Below are positions 8,901 to 17,516 of a stretch of 55,994 nt of DNA, piece by piece. Position 1 is the first letter of the stretch. Each line of letters begins with the position of its first letter. This DNA comes from Candidatus Micrarchaeota archaeon. Its GTDB lineage: Archaea; Micrarchaeota; Micrarchaeia; Micrarchaeales; Micrarchaeaceae. Below the pieces are notes generated by a model. The model was not told the DNA's origin, made no database searches, and was given only the letters and a program-made list of their open reading frames with translations. The stretch is taken from contig JAKAOQ010000001.1 of assembly GCA_021812105.1 (NCBI GenBank), positions 1 through 55,994 on the forward strand, in the 5' to 3' direction. A program made the translations under genes and the position numbers.

Positions 8901-9101
8901 GTAGCGCCTGTAACGCAGCATCGCATCCTTTATCGCGTACACCCATATGTGGTGCGCCGCGAGTGCGCCGCTTGCGTACGGCGGGCCCTCGAGAAAGTAG
9001 AACTTCTTGCCTTCCAAATTCTTGGTCCTGACCTTGTCGTATACCTTGTTCCCGTTCCAGTACTGGAATATTTCCTCTTCGTTCTTCAATGGTTCAAACA
9101 T
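5937..9101 (-). CDS. ileS: Isoleucine--tRNA ligase with non-canonical signature motifs
   Basis: GPPYASG, GFDVHGLPIE, editing motifs WTTTPWTLP and GTGLVHVAPGHG, DWCISRQRYWGIPIP, DQLRGWF. Start set at MFEPLKNE (9101); the ORF track extends to 9140. Confidence 0.95.
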   Translation of the reverse strand: MFEPLKNEEEIFQYWNGNKVYDKVRTKNLEGKKFYFLEGPPYASGALAAHHIWVYAIKDAMLRYRRYRGFNLHDRAGFDVHGLPIEHKVEEKLKLTSKLDIENKVGVEKFIGECNEYAVTNVKNAASIAKRFGISLDFDHAYIPSESGYMNKAWSVFKEMYGKDLVYKAEKPLLYCPHCETAISAQGAEIEYRDESDPSIYIGFEVLNDAKYGYKIDIPDGTMLLVWTTTPWTLPANMAVAVNPRSLYILAQIDGADYILAKERLDVVVGETGKNAVVIKEFYGSELEGVRYASPLEEAVPLQSKFRKYHTVLMDEKNVSMAEGTGLVHVAPGHGPEDYELGRRNRIPAFSPVDALARYTADAGRFVGMRVPDEANKAVLDYLKERKSILFLASIRHSYPHCWRCGSKLIYRTSWQWFVNVQKMKSRLIKANDRVAWHPAEAKEWMADTLRSSPDWCISRQRYWGIPIPIWQCDSCGNVEVFGSGTELAKRSGLGPEPRDLHRQHVDSITFKCNKCGGTMKRVEDIFDVWYDSGIAHTASLSSDELTKLFPADVITESKDQLRGWFSTLLKTSVALYNKAPFREVVIGGMLVDEFGDEMHRHLGNMVSALDLLNVSTADGFRLWVSTHPRWQDLRLKKSELGEADRNIITLYNVGNLVREFATLSESDIKNATKPSKASLEHEDAWILSRLNTVIGEVTEAMEGYSLDVAANALKSFLLEDFSRFYLKFAKQRASMAKRSSVRRIASITAYVLKRLLVLFSVFIPFASEYIYMDTFSNGESIFESDWPRAEKKYVNKGLEEEFEMLKDVSAAILSLRERENVKLKQPLLEARIEVEGASRLETIERLSGLIEDYANVKRITVVESKGGADEIKPLFAKIGPEFKSHAGVVAEELAKSDARELMESIEKNGVYTLETSDGMFEIRPEHFTVLRKHSDEDTARFRHGSVSINAELTKEIKEELLARELTRTIQAIRKENGLTKLDRIDVRMAADQQVKASVEKSLASIKGVTRARKITFVGELNEPNQKELEILGSTIKIAVSKVEGRNRTDDKSQ

Positions 9102-9237
9102 GAAAGCACCGCGCTGTAGGTCTAGGCTCCACACGGCCACGCCTAGTTGGCATTACACAATTCACAATAATCGCAATAAAGTTATAGATTCGCTGCTATA
9201 ACTTTTATTTGTTTCGTTCAGGGGATAGGATGGTGGC

Positions 9238-9795
9238 GTGAGAAGGTACGAGGGGGTTGACACCTACAAGTTTATAGACCCGCTGCTGAACGACGGGGGA
9301 CGCACGCTCTCTTTAATAACGCCGTTCATAAGCACGTACTACAGCAGAAAGCTGCTCGCGGTTGCGGGAAGGAAGAGAGTGAGGCTTATAACTTCAGGCT
9401 CGGACATTAACAAGAAGGCGCTGGGGATGATCCACGCGGGCAGAAGGGGAGTATACCTCAGGGTTTTGCTATACCTGTTTGCACTGAGCGCGTTGCTGTT
9501 CTATTTCAATCTGATACTTTTTGCCGTAGGCGTGTCCGCGGCGTTCGCGGCCGTACTTGCTCTGATGATCCTGACTTTGACGGGACGGAAAGCAGTAGAG
9601 GTCAGGGTGGTAAGGCACCTATTCATACACGAGAAGGCGTACATATCAGAAACCATGGCGATTACAGGAAGCGCGAACCTTACGTACAGCGGGACGCACA
9701 AAAACCTGGAGCATATAGACGTGATAGACGATGCACAAGAGATAAAGAGGCTTTCGGAGCACTTCGAAAAGCTCTGGAGCATGGAAGGGGCGTAG
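9238..9795 (+). CDS. Phospholipase D/nuclease-superfamily protein with two transmembrane helices
   Basis: ITPFIS, HEKAYISE (HxKxxxxD/E), ITGSANLT, FEKLW; hydrophobic hairpin at about aa 72-113. Confidence 0.75.
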   Translation: MRRYEGVDTYKFIDPLLNDGGRTLSLITPFISTYYSRKLLAVAGRKRVRLITSGSDINKKALGMIHAGRRGVYLRVLLYLFALSALLFYFNLILFAVGVSAAFAAVLALMILTLTGRKAVEVRVVRHLFIHEKAYISETMAITGSANLTYSGTHKNLEHIDVIDDAQEIKRLSEHFEKLWSMEGA

Positions 9796-9993
9796 CGTGG
9801 CGTCGCACGAAAGCACGAAAACGCTACCTTTAAATACCGACTATCGATTTTTTCCAAAATGGTGTTAGAAAGTTCCACAAAAGCTTTAAATATACAGAGA
9901 TGCAAGAAATCTAGTGAAACAAAAAGATGTGGAGGGATAGAGAGAGGGTTTGATAGAGTGGGGAGGATGACCAAGACTATTGTGGGTGAGAGG

Positions 9994-10254
9994 ATGGAAT
10001 CTAAGAGGAGTAGAGGGGAAATGAGCCGAGAGGCTATAAAGGGAAAAGTGATAGAGCTCCTCAAGGACAATGACTTCACTGAGATCTTCGAGTCTGAAGA
10101 CTTGGAGGTGGATGGCTCAGCCGGAGCGGCCTTGAAGGCGGTAATTAGCGAGAAGGCCGCGGAATACGCAGATAGAGCGATGAGAATAGCGAAGAAGCGA
10201 GGGATAAAATTCGGAGCGGCTGCGGTTGTAATAGCCACCAGGAGGGAGAAGTAG
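9994..10254 (+). CDS. Putative divergent histone-fold protein
   Basis: AALKAVISEKAAEYADRAMRIAKKRGIKFGAAAVVIA resembles alpha2-L2-alpha3 of archaeal histones. The start is uncertain (9967, 9994 or 10021). Confidence 0.45.
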   Translation: MESKRSRGEMSREAIKGKVIELLKDNDFTEIFESEDLEVDGSAGAALKAVISEKAAEYADRAMRIAKKRGIKFGAAAVVIATRREK

Positions 10255-10270
10255 TAATTACAGTCCATGA

Positions 10271-10319
10271 GGTAAGCGGAGGGCCGAACACGGCATATTT
10301 CGTTTTTTGGCCGCTTACC
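10271..10319 (+). terminator. Long imperfect hairpin after the histone-like ORF
   Basis: GGTAAGCGG (10271-10279) pairs with CCGCTTACC (10311-10319); inner GGCCGAA/TTTGGCC. Confidence 0.45.
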
Positions 10320-10417
10320 CCTTACTAATTTTATCTGCTTTTGTGCAAAAGCGCGTACTGCGCTTGACATTGATAAGTTTTTATTTGTTCTTGAGCAAAT
10401 CCTATTGCATACTCGAT

Positions 10418-10491
10418 GCGACCGTAGTCTAACCTGGTTAGGACTTCGCCCTTCCAAGGCGAAAACCCGGGTTCAAATCCCGGCAGTCGCA
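10418..10491 (+). tRNA. tRNA-Gly(TCC), no intron
   Basis: GCGACCG...anticodon stem TCGCC/GGCGA with TCC at 10453-10455...GGTTCAAATCC...CAGTCGCA; one C6.A67 mismatch in the acceptor stem. Confidence 0.9.
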
Positions 10492-10570
10492 CTTACGCTT
10501 AGAACTTCATTATCCTTTCCATTTTATAGGATTAGGTTGATCCGCCTTGTAGTCGTATTATCATTCAATT

Positions 10571-11347
10571 TTACACGTGTCTAAGCAGGAGTCCCACGTC
10601 TTTCTCGTCGCTTTGAGTATGAGATATGCCATGATCGGTTATTATGTATTGGAACTGTGAAGCGTGAGAACCATCCATATGCCTCACGGTTGCGTGCCTT
10701 ATTCCGGTTTTATCCGGTAGGCCAAGCTCTATAAGACCCGAGACGCTTACATATTCCAGCTTCCCTGCCTCTGCTGTAGCAAATATTATTCTTTTCGGAT
10801 CCTTGACCCCCCTGTCTCCTATGCTGTTGAGCAGCATCGTCCCTGATTCGTAGTCGTCGCGTACGAAGAAAGCGGTTGCCCTGTCTATCACCAGTACGCT
10901 CACGTTTGAGTTGATAAGTATGTCGTTTATCTCGCTGGACAGCTTCTTAACGTAGGCTAGCACGTTATGAGGATCCGACTCCGCTGCACTCTTCAGCGCG
11001 TACAACCGTTCTGAAGCCTGAATGACCTCTATCATACCCTTTTTGTAATACTCCTCGAATATGCTCTTTGATGCTTTTCTATACTCCTCAAACCCAAAAT
11101 CGAGCTTCCCGACGTTGGAAAGGTACTCGTCCTTGCTCTCGCTAGTAAGTATTATCGCCCCCTTGTCGCCGTGTCTTGCCGCGTTGACGAGAAGTTGTGT
11201 GCACATGATAGTAGCACCGGCACCGGTCTCGCCCGAAAATCCATAAACCCTACCGTACCTGAAACCCCCGACTGCATCATCTATTTCTCTTATGCCGGTT
11301 CCCCACATCGTGCGTTTTGGTACCGGTACAGACACCGTAGAGCCCAT
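10571..11347 (-). CDS. KaiC/RecA-superfamily ATPase-like protein with degenerate Walker A
   Basis: TGIREIDDAVGG, SGETGAGAT (catalytic Lys replaced by Ala), VLVIDR, C-terminal VRHMDGS. Confidence 0.75.
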   Translation of the reverse strand: MGSTVSVPVPKRTMWGTGIREIDDAVGGFRYGRVYGFSGETGAGATIMCTQLLVNAARHGDKGAIILTSESKDEYLSNVGKLDFGFEEYRKASKSIFEEYYKKGMIEVIQASERLYALKSAAESDPHNVLAYVKKLSSEINDILINSNVSVLVIDRATAFFVRDDYESGTMLLNSIGDRGVKDPKRIIFATAEAGKLEYVSVSGLIELGLPDKTGIRHATVRHMDGSHASQFQYIITDHGISHTQSDEKDVGLLLRHV

Positions 11348-11465
11348 AAATTCATCTCGAAGAATTTGCTATTGTAGCACTGTAGTTAATAATGTAGATA
11401 ATGCTGTTAGGAGATATTTATACTTATCGTGTTCATCTCCGTCGAAAGGCAGCCGTTAAAAGAAG

Positions 11466-11681
11466 TTATTTCTTGTTTGGAGCTACGAGGGGTTTCTGCT
11501 TTCTCTTGTACCTCTTCCTCTTGTTCATGTCGCCCCAGCAGTCCTTGCAGATTATCAGGCGCACGGTCTTGGTAACGGTCTGCGAGCTCTTCACGCAACT
11601 GTTGCATATCTTCCTCCCGCAGTAGTCGCAGACGTCGAACCTGTAGATCTCTCTTTTGCATCTTTCGCATGTGTATGTCAA
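11466..11681 (-). CDS. Small basic zinc-finger protein (four CxxC)
   Basis: CERC, CDYC, CNSC, CKDC; TTG start preceded by GGTG. Confidence 0.7.
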   Translation of the reverse strand: MTYTCERCKREIYRFDVCDYCGRKICNSCVKSSQTVTKTVRLIICKDCWGDMNKRKRYKRKQKPLVAPNKK

Positions 11682-11789
11682 GGCAACACCTAAAAGCCCG
11701 TTGGGTAAGTCGCTTCAAAAAGATTAAATTACTTACTTGAAGCATATTTATATAAGTTGTGTTTCCCCTTATCACTCTTTGCCGGTGCG

Positions 11790-13121
11790 ATGATGTATTC
11801 GAAAAGGATAAACGATTTTCTAAAGTCTGCAGGGATAGGAATAGGCGACATCGTGCGGATCGTCTCCAAGGAACACACCTATGAAGGAGAGCTTATGCCG
11901 CGCAGCGAGGCAGGAGACGACAACGTGGTAGTAATAAAGCTGCCCAACGGATACAACGTAGGGATCTCTTTCGAAGGAGCGAGGATGGAAAAGATAGGGA
12001 GTGGGGAGCGCGTACATTCTTTTCCAAAGCTAGAGCTCAAACGCGGCGGATCGCTACCAAGAGTATCGCTCCTGTACACCGGGGGGACCATAGGCAGCAA
12101 GCTCGACTACAAAACCGGTGGGGTGTACATGCTGCTTAAACCGGAAGAACTGTTCTACGAGGTGCCAGAGATATCGAGCATAGCCGACGTGGAGCCGATC
12201 AACCTGATGAGCATAGCGAGCGAGGACATGTCGCCCGCAGAGTGGCGCGTCATCGCGAATGCGGCAGAAAAGGCTTTCGAAGATGGAGCAAGAGGTGTTG
12301 TGATAACCCACGGCACAGACACCATGCACTATACATCAGCAGCCCTCAGCTTCATGCTAAAAGACTTCAGGGCTCCGGTAGTGCTCACAGGTGCGCAGAG
12401 AAGCAGCGACAGGGGATCCAGCGATGCGTTCACGAACCTGATAGCGTCTACCATGATGGCAGCGAAGTCTGACATCGGAGAGGTCGGAATCTGCATGCAC
12501 AACTCCCCGTCAGATGATCTTTTCTCTTTCATCCGTGGTACCAGAGCCAGGAAGATGCACACCTCGAGGCGTGATGCGTTCAGGTCAATAAACAACAGCG
12601 CTATAGCCTACGCGAAGCTTGACGGCAGAATAGAGTATAAATCTGAACACAAAAGAGCCGGAAGATCGGACGGCGCTAAGGCCATAACTGGATTCGAGAC
12701 CAAGGTAGCAATCGTGAAGGCGTATCCGGGCTCTGCACCAGACATAATAGAGTACTACAAGGACAAGAAGTACAAGGGCCTGATAATAGAAGGAACTGGT
12801 CTGGGACACACCCCCGTATCGACAACCCATCGCGGCATGTCGTGGCTGCCAAACATAAAGGACGCTGTTGAATCCGGAATCGTGGTGGGCATGACCTCGC
12901 AATGCCTGTATGGACGCGTCAACCCTAACGTCTACAGGAACCTCAGAATGCTAAGCGGGGCAGGAGTGATATACTGCGAGGATATGCTTCCTGAGACCGC
13001 ATACGTTAAGCTGGGCTGGCTCCTTGGAAACTACAAAAGAGAGGAAGCGTCGACACTGCTCAACAGGAACCTCGTGGGCGAGATAAAGGAGAGGAGTATG
13101 GTGGACGAATTCCTGGTGTGA
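11790..13121 (+). CDS. gatD: Glutamyl-tRNA(Gln) amidotransferase subunit D
   Basis: KLPNGYNVG, TGGTIGS, HGTDTMHYT, GAQRSSDRGSSD, KMHTSRRDAF; directly upstream of gatE. Confidence 0.95.
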   Translation: MMYSKRINDFLKSAGIGIGDIVRIVSKEHTYEGELMPRSEAGDDNVVVIKLPNGYNVGISFEGARMEKIGSGERVHSFPKLELKRGGSLPRVSLLYTGGTIGSKLDYKTGGVYMLLKPEELFYEVPEISSIADVEPINLMSIASEDMSPAEWRVIANAAEKAFEDGARGVVITHGTDTMHYTSAALSFMLKDFRAPVVLTGAQRSSDRGSSDAFTNLIASTMMAAKSDIGEVGICMHNSPSDDLFSFIRGTRARKMHTSRRDAFRSINNSAIAYAKLDGRIEYKSEHKRAGRSDGAKAITGFETKVAIVKAYPGSAPDIIEYYKDKKYKGLIIEGTGLGHTPVSTTHRGMSWLPNIKDAVESGIVVGMTSQCLYGRVNPNVYRNLRMLSGAGVIYCEDMLPETAYVKLGWLLGNYKREEASTLLNRNLVGEIKERSMVDEFLV

Positions 13122-14980
13122 TTATGGTACCAAGACAAAAGATTGACTACAAGAGCCTCGGATTCGCTTGCGGCCTTGAGGTGCATCAGAGGCTTGCGAC
13201 CAGCAAGAAACTTTTCTGCGGCTGCGATGCCGGGCTATCGGCCTCTCCTGTCGTTTCAGGTAGCATAATCAGGAGCCAGAGGGCCGTAGCTGGGGAGCTT
13301 GGGAAGGTAGACTTCGCAGCAAAATTTGAAGAGGAAAAAAAGAGGATCTTCAGGTACAATATATTCGACTACAATACGTGCTTGGTTGAGCTAGACGAGG
13401 AGCCGCCCCACGACCTTAACAGGGAGGCTTTGCAGGTGGCGCTCTCCATATCGCAGGCCCTGAACCTCAATATAGTCGATGAAATACAGCCGATGAGAAA
13501 GGAGGTTGTGGACGGAAGCAATCCGAGCGCTTTCCAAAGGACGATAATGCTTGGCAGCAACGGCTCCGTGAAGCTTGATGGAAGGAGCGTACCAATAACC
13601 ATGATATCGCTCGAGGAGGAGTCCGCGGGCATAGAGGAGCGGAAAGCCGGCGAGACGACATACGACACAGACAGGATAGGCATACCGCTGGTCGAGATAG
13701 ACACAGATCCTAGCATAGCTTCTCCTGAAGAGGCGAGGGACGTGGCGCTGAGGATAGGCACGCTGCTTAGGCTTACCGGGAGGGTGCAGAGGGGGATAGG
13801 CACAATAAGGCAGGACGTGAACGTTTCGATAAAGAGCGGCGCAAGAGTCGAGATAAAGGGAGTACAGGAGCTGGATGTGATAGACAGGCTTGTTGAAAAC
13901 GAGGTGCTGAGGCAGGTTGCGCTTATAGAGATTAGGGACAGGCTGCTCGCCAGGAAAGCCGAGGTTGGTAGAACGATCAATGTTACATCGCATTTCAAGG
14001 ACACGGGTGTCAGGATACTCAGGAATCATCTTGACAATGGCAGCGTCGTGCTCGCGTTTGCGCTCAAGGGTTTTAAGGGGCTGGTCGGAACGGAGATCGG
14101 TCCGAACAGGAGGCTGGGCAGCGAAATCAGCGACTACGCGAAGGGAGCCGGAGTCAACGGCATAATACACAGCGATGAGAACCTTTCAGTTTACGGATTT
14201 ACGGAACGTGAGATAGAAGAGCTCAAAAAGATTCTTGGTGTGGCGGAGAATGATGCGTTTGTAATGATAGCCGGCGGGCTGGACAACGCCTGGAAAGCTT
14301 CCGAACTCGCCACCGACAGGGCGAAGTACGCGATGGTTGGGGTTCCGGCAGAGACGAGGGCGGTCCTAAACGCCAACGATGGCACTACTAGGTTTATGAG
14401 GCCGCTGCCGGGCGGATCAAGAATGTATCCCGAGACAGACCTGAAGCCGGTCAGGATAACCAGTGAGATGATCTCTCTGGCGAAAAGGAACGCGCCAGAT
14501 ATAGACAGGGAACGTTCGATACTGGAAAAGCAGGCTGGACAGAGGAACGCAGAGGAGCTCATTCTATCGCCAAGATTGTCGCTCTACAGATTCCTGGTAA
14601 ACACTCTTGAAGGCAACGGCGAGCTAGTGGCGAACATACTTCTGCAGAAGTTCACCGAGCTCAAACGATCAGGATTCGAAGTGGATTCCATACCGGAAAG
14701 CAAACTGCTTGAGATGTTTAAGAAGTACTCATCCGGAGAGATAACGAAGCAAGCAATCGAGGAGGTGCTCAAGGCGCTTACAGCAGGACTGGGAGTCGAA
14801 GAAGCGATAAGGAAGAACAAGCTCGAAAGGATAAAGGGTGAGAATCTCAGTAAGCTCGTCGATTCGGAAAGGAAGTCGTACAAATCAAAGGACGAGCTGA
14901 TAAGAGCAATAATGTCAAAGTACAGGCTAAATATAGACGGTGGAGAGCTAAATTCTATGCTCGCCACGAAGCACGGTTAG
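13118..14980 (+). CDS. gatE: Glutamyl-tRNA(Gln) amidotransferase subunit E
   Basis: GLEVHQRL, KLFC, DGSNPSAFQRT, RGIGTIRQDVNVSI, RPLPGGSRMYPETD; contains the GAD insertion domain. Confidence 0.95.
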   Translation: MIMVPRQKIDYKSLGFACGLEVHQRLATSKKLFCGCDAGLSASPVVSGSIIRSQRAVAGELGKVDFAAKFEEEKKRIFRYNIFDYNTCLVELDEEPPHDLNREALQVALSISQALNLNIVDEIQPMRKEVVDGSNPSAFQRTIMLGSNGSVKLDGRSVPITMISLEEESAGIEERKAGETTYDTDRIGIPLVEIDTDPSIASPEEARDVALRIGTLLRLTGRVQRGIGTIRQDVNVSIKSGARVEIKGVQELDVIDRLVENEVLRQVALIEIRDRLLARKAEVGRTINVTSHFKDTGVRILRNHLDNGSVVLAFALKGFKGLVGTEIGPNRRLGSEISDYAKGAGVNGIIHSDENLSVYGFTEREIEELKKILGVAENDAFVMIAGGLDNAWKASELATDRAKYAMVGVPAETRAVLNANDGTTRFMRPLPGGSRMYPETDLKPVRITSEMISLAKRNAPDIDRERSILEKQAGQRNAEELILSPRLSLYRFLVNTLEGNGELVANILLQKFTELKRSGFEVDSIPESKLLEMFKKYSSGEITKQAIEEVLKALTAGLGVEEAIRKNKLERIKGENLSKLVDSERKSYKSKDELIRAIMSKYRLNIDGGELNSMLATKHG

Positions 14981-16068
14981 AAGAAAGTTCCGTTTTTCCT
15001 GCCGATCAAAACGTCATCTTCTATTCTTACTCCTCCGAAACCGGGCACGTATACTCCGGGTTCGTCGCTGAACACCATGCCGGTCTTTAGGACCACTTTT
15101 GATGCGTTGCCCATCCTGAGCCCGTCGTGGACATCGATGCCTATTGAATGGCCAAGCGAATGTATGAAGCGGCCCTTGTATCTGCCATTGGCGAATTTGT
15201 TGATGTAGTCCTCTGCGAAAGCGTGTATCTCTGCGGCCTTCGCACCGTCTGCCATAAGTTTCACACTTTCGTCGTGCGCTGTCCTCACTACTTCTACCAT
15301 TTCCTCCATCCTCCTGTACTTTCCGCCTCTCGTATCGGGCCTGAATACCACAGTCCTCGTCATATCAGCGCAGTAGTTCATGTATTTCGCCCCGGCGTCT
15401 ATCAGCACGAATTCGTTCGCCTTAAGTCTTGTGCCGTCAGGTGAATGGTGCGGCAGCGCAGCATTCTTACCGAAAGCCACTATAGTTTTGAATGCGAGGT
15501 CGCTCGCGCCGCGCTCGCTCATTAGCATATTGAATTTTCCCGCTATGTAGGTTTCCGTAACTCCCGCTTCCAGATACGCACCTATGCCCTCGAACGCTTT
15601 CTTAGTCATCCCCACGGCTTTTTTCATAAGGCGTATCTCTTCATTGTCCTTTATTGACCGTGCGTTTAGAAGGGCATTGCTTGCGTCCTTTATTTTCTTC
15701 GCTTTCATGGCCTTCTTGAGATTAAGATAATTGGCGTATGGAAGGAATGATGCGTTTATCCCCACGGTCTTTCCGCGAAGCAGCTTCTCTAGGATTGTTG
15801 GGATACGTTCTCCGTAATACTGCGAAGTCGCCTGTGTTACCTCCATTATGCTCTCCTTCTCGCGCATCGCATCACCATACTCGAGCGGTGAAGTTAGAAG
15901 GCGCACCTTGTCCGGAAACGCAACCAGTATCGAATCTTCGAACATGCCACTCGTGAGATTTGAGATGTAGCGGAAGTTGCTGTCGGCTTCTCCCGTGTTC
16001 ATTAGGAGCAGTGCTTCAAAGTCGGCATTTTTGAATATTTTGTCCAGCCTTTTTTTTATTGTGCCCAT
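14977..16068 (-). CDS. Xaa-Pro aminopeptidase/prolidase (M24B)
   Basis: DAGAKYMNYCADMTRT, HSLGHSIGIDVHD, EPGVY, GVRIEDDV. Confidence 0.92.
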   Translation of the reverse strand: MGTIKKRLDKIFKNADFEALLLMNTGEADSNFRYISNLTSGMFEDSILVAFPDKVRLLTSPLEYGDAMREKESIMEVTQATSQYYGERIPTILEKLLRGKTVGINASFLPYANYLNLKKAMKAKKIKDASNALLNARSIKDNEEIRLMKKAVGMTKKAFEGIGAYLEAGVTETYIAGKFNMLMSERGASDLAFKTIVAFGKNAALPHHSPDGTRLKANEFVLIDAGAKYMNYCADMTRTVVFRPDTRGGKYRRMEEMVEVVRTAHDESVKLMADGAKAAEIHAFAEDYINKFANGRYKGRFIHSLGHSIGIDVHDGLRMGNASKVVLKTGMVFSDEPGVYVPGFGGVRIEDDVLIGRKNGTFF

Positions 16069-16183
16069 GGTAGTAGTTCTACGCACAAAAAGTTAAATGT
16101 ATCTGCGTCTTGGCGTCTTCTCAGTCGCCTACACGCACAAAACATTAACCTATAAAAATAGAAGCGAACAAATTACTGTGGAG

Positions 16184-17434
16184 ATGATGGACAAGGTAGC
16201 AAGAGTAGTATACGACGCCGGAAAGAGCAACGATGCAGAGATAAAAGTGAAAAGGAGCGAAATAGTATACAAGCACATGCGTGATCCCGCGCTACTGAAG
16301 TACTACTACAGGATGAAGACGATTTCAAACATAGAGAGGGACGAGATGGTGGGCTCTTCACCTACCGACCTTTTTGTGGGCAGATTCGGATATCCGAAGG
16401 TGTTCATAGGACCGCTATTGCCCCCAGAGTTCGGAGACACTTCGCTGCTCAGCACGCCCGAAAGGTGGAAGTACCTGAGCATAAACCAGATAATAGAGAT
16501 GAGATCTAAGCTTGTCAGGGGGATGCACACAACAAACATTCATGATGTAGAGAAGGGAAGGCTCGAGGAGCAGGTACGCGACCTCGCACTCGCGGAGAAC
16601 CCCGCTGAGGCTGAGGTGAAATTCGAGAAGAAACCGTTTGTAAAACTGTCGCTCGATGACCACGCCGAGCCTTTTGGTCCTAGCGCTGTGATGAAAAGCA
16701 TGGACGTGTACAACGTAAAGGCGGAGAGGAAGATAGAGAAACTGTACTTTGATGATGATGCTAAGGCGTCAACCGCGCTGATAGAGCTATACGACAGAAA
16801 TATACCAGTATCTAAACTGCAGAGGGCCCTTTCAGCAGGTCTTTTCGGGTTAAAGAACAGCAGGAGATTCGTACCCACAAGGTGGAGCATAACCGCTGTG
16901 GACGACACACTCTCCAAGAACAATCTTGTAAATGTAAAGGAATACGAACCGCTTGACGCAATAAGGGTGTACTACAACAACGCCCTGGACAATCGCTGGC
17001 TTATATTCTTTATTCCGGGCAATTGGCAGTACGAGTCTATAGAGGTATGGTACCCTCATACTATATGGAACGATGGAAACGAGGTAACGATCTACTCTTC
17101 GCACGAGGGTTACGGAGGTAGGAAGACCTACGCCGAGATAGGCGGCTGCTACTATGCGGCCAGGCTCGCCGTTTCCGAGAAACTGAAGGAGATGCAGAAG
17201 CAGGCCGTTGTTCTCATACTTAGAGAGACGCACGCGGGTTACACCCTGCCTGTAGGGGTTTGGAACGTCAGGGAACACGTGAGGCAGACACTCCAGACAG
17301 AACCCGATATACTCTACAATAGAAGCCAGGTATTTGACTATATATCGAAAAGGCTGGCGATTCCGCCCAAGGAATGGATAAATAACAGTTATATACTAAG
17401 AGATATGCTCATGCAGAGAAGGCTCTTCGCTTGA
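16184..17434 (+). CDS. nreA: Archaeal Nre DNA repair protein with C-terminal PIP box
   Basis: GSSPTDLFVGRFGYPKV, VPTRWSITAVD, GGCYYAARLAV, PVGVWNVRE; C-terminal QRRLFA. Confidence 0.85.
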   Translation: MMDKVARVVYDAGKSNDAEIKVKRSEIVYKHMRDPALLKYYYRMKTISNIERDEMVGSSPTDLFVGRFGYPKVFIGPLLPPEFGDTSLLSTPERWKYLSINQIIEMRSKLVRGMHTTNIHDVEKGRLEEQVRDLALAENPAEAEVKFEKKPFVKLSLDDHAEPFGPSAVMKSMDVYNVKAERKIEKLYFDDDAKASTALIELYDRNIPVSKLQRALSAGLFGLKNSRRFVPTRWSITAVDDTLSKNNLVNVKEYEPLDAIRVYYNNALDNRWLIFFIPGNWQYESIEVWYPHTIWNDGNEVTIYSSHEGYGGRKTYAEIGGCYYAARLAVSEKLKEMQKQAVVLILRETHAGYTLPVGVWNVREHVRQTLQTEPDILYNRSQVFDYISKRLAIPPKEWINNSYILRDMLMQRRLFA

Positions 17435-17516
17435 CGTGCCAAGACGTGCCCGTGATAAGTATATATTGTTTACCACTCTATATAGGATAGTTTTCCGGGC
17501 CAGCAAGGCGTGTGGT

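Noticed and set aside
9501..10457. 318-aa minus-strand ORF
   Set aside because: It overlaps two better plus-strand genes and tRNA-Gly; a shadow of purine-rich sequence.
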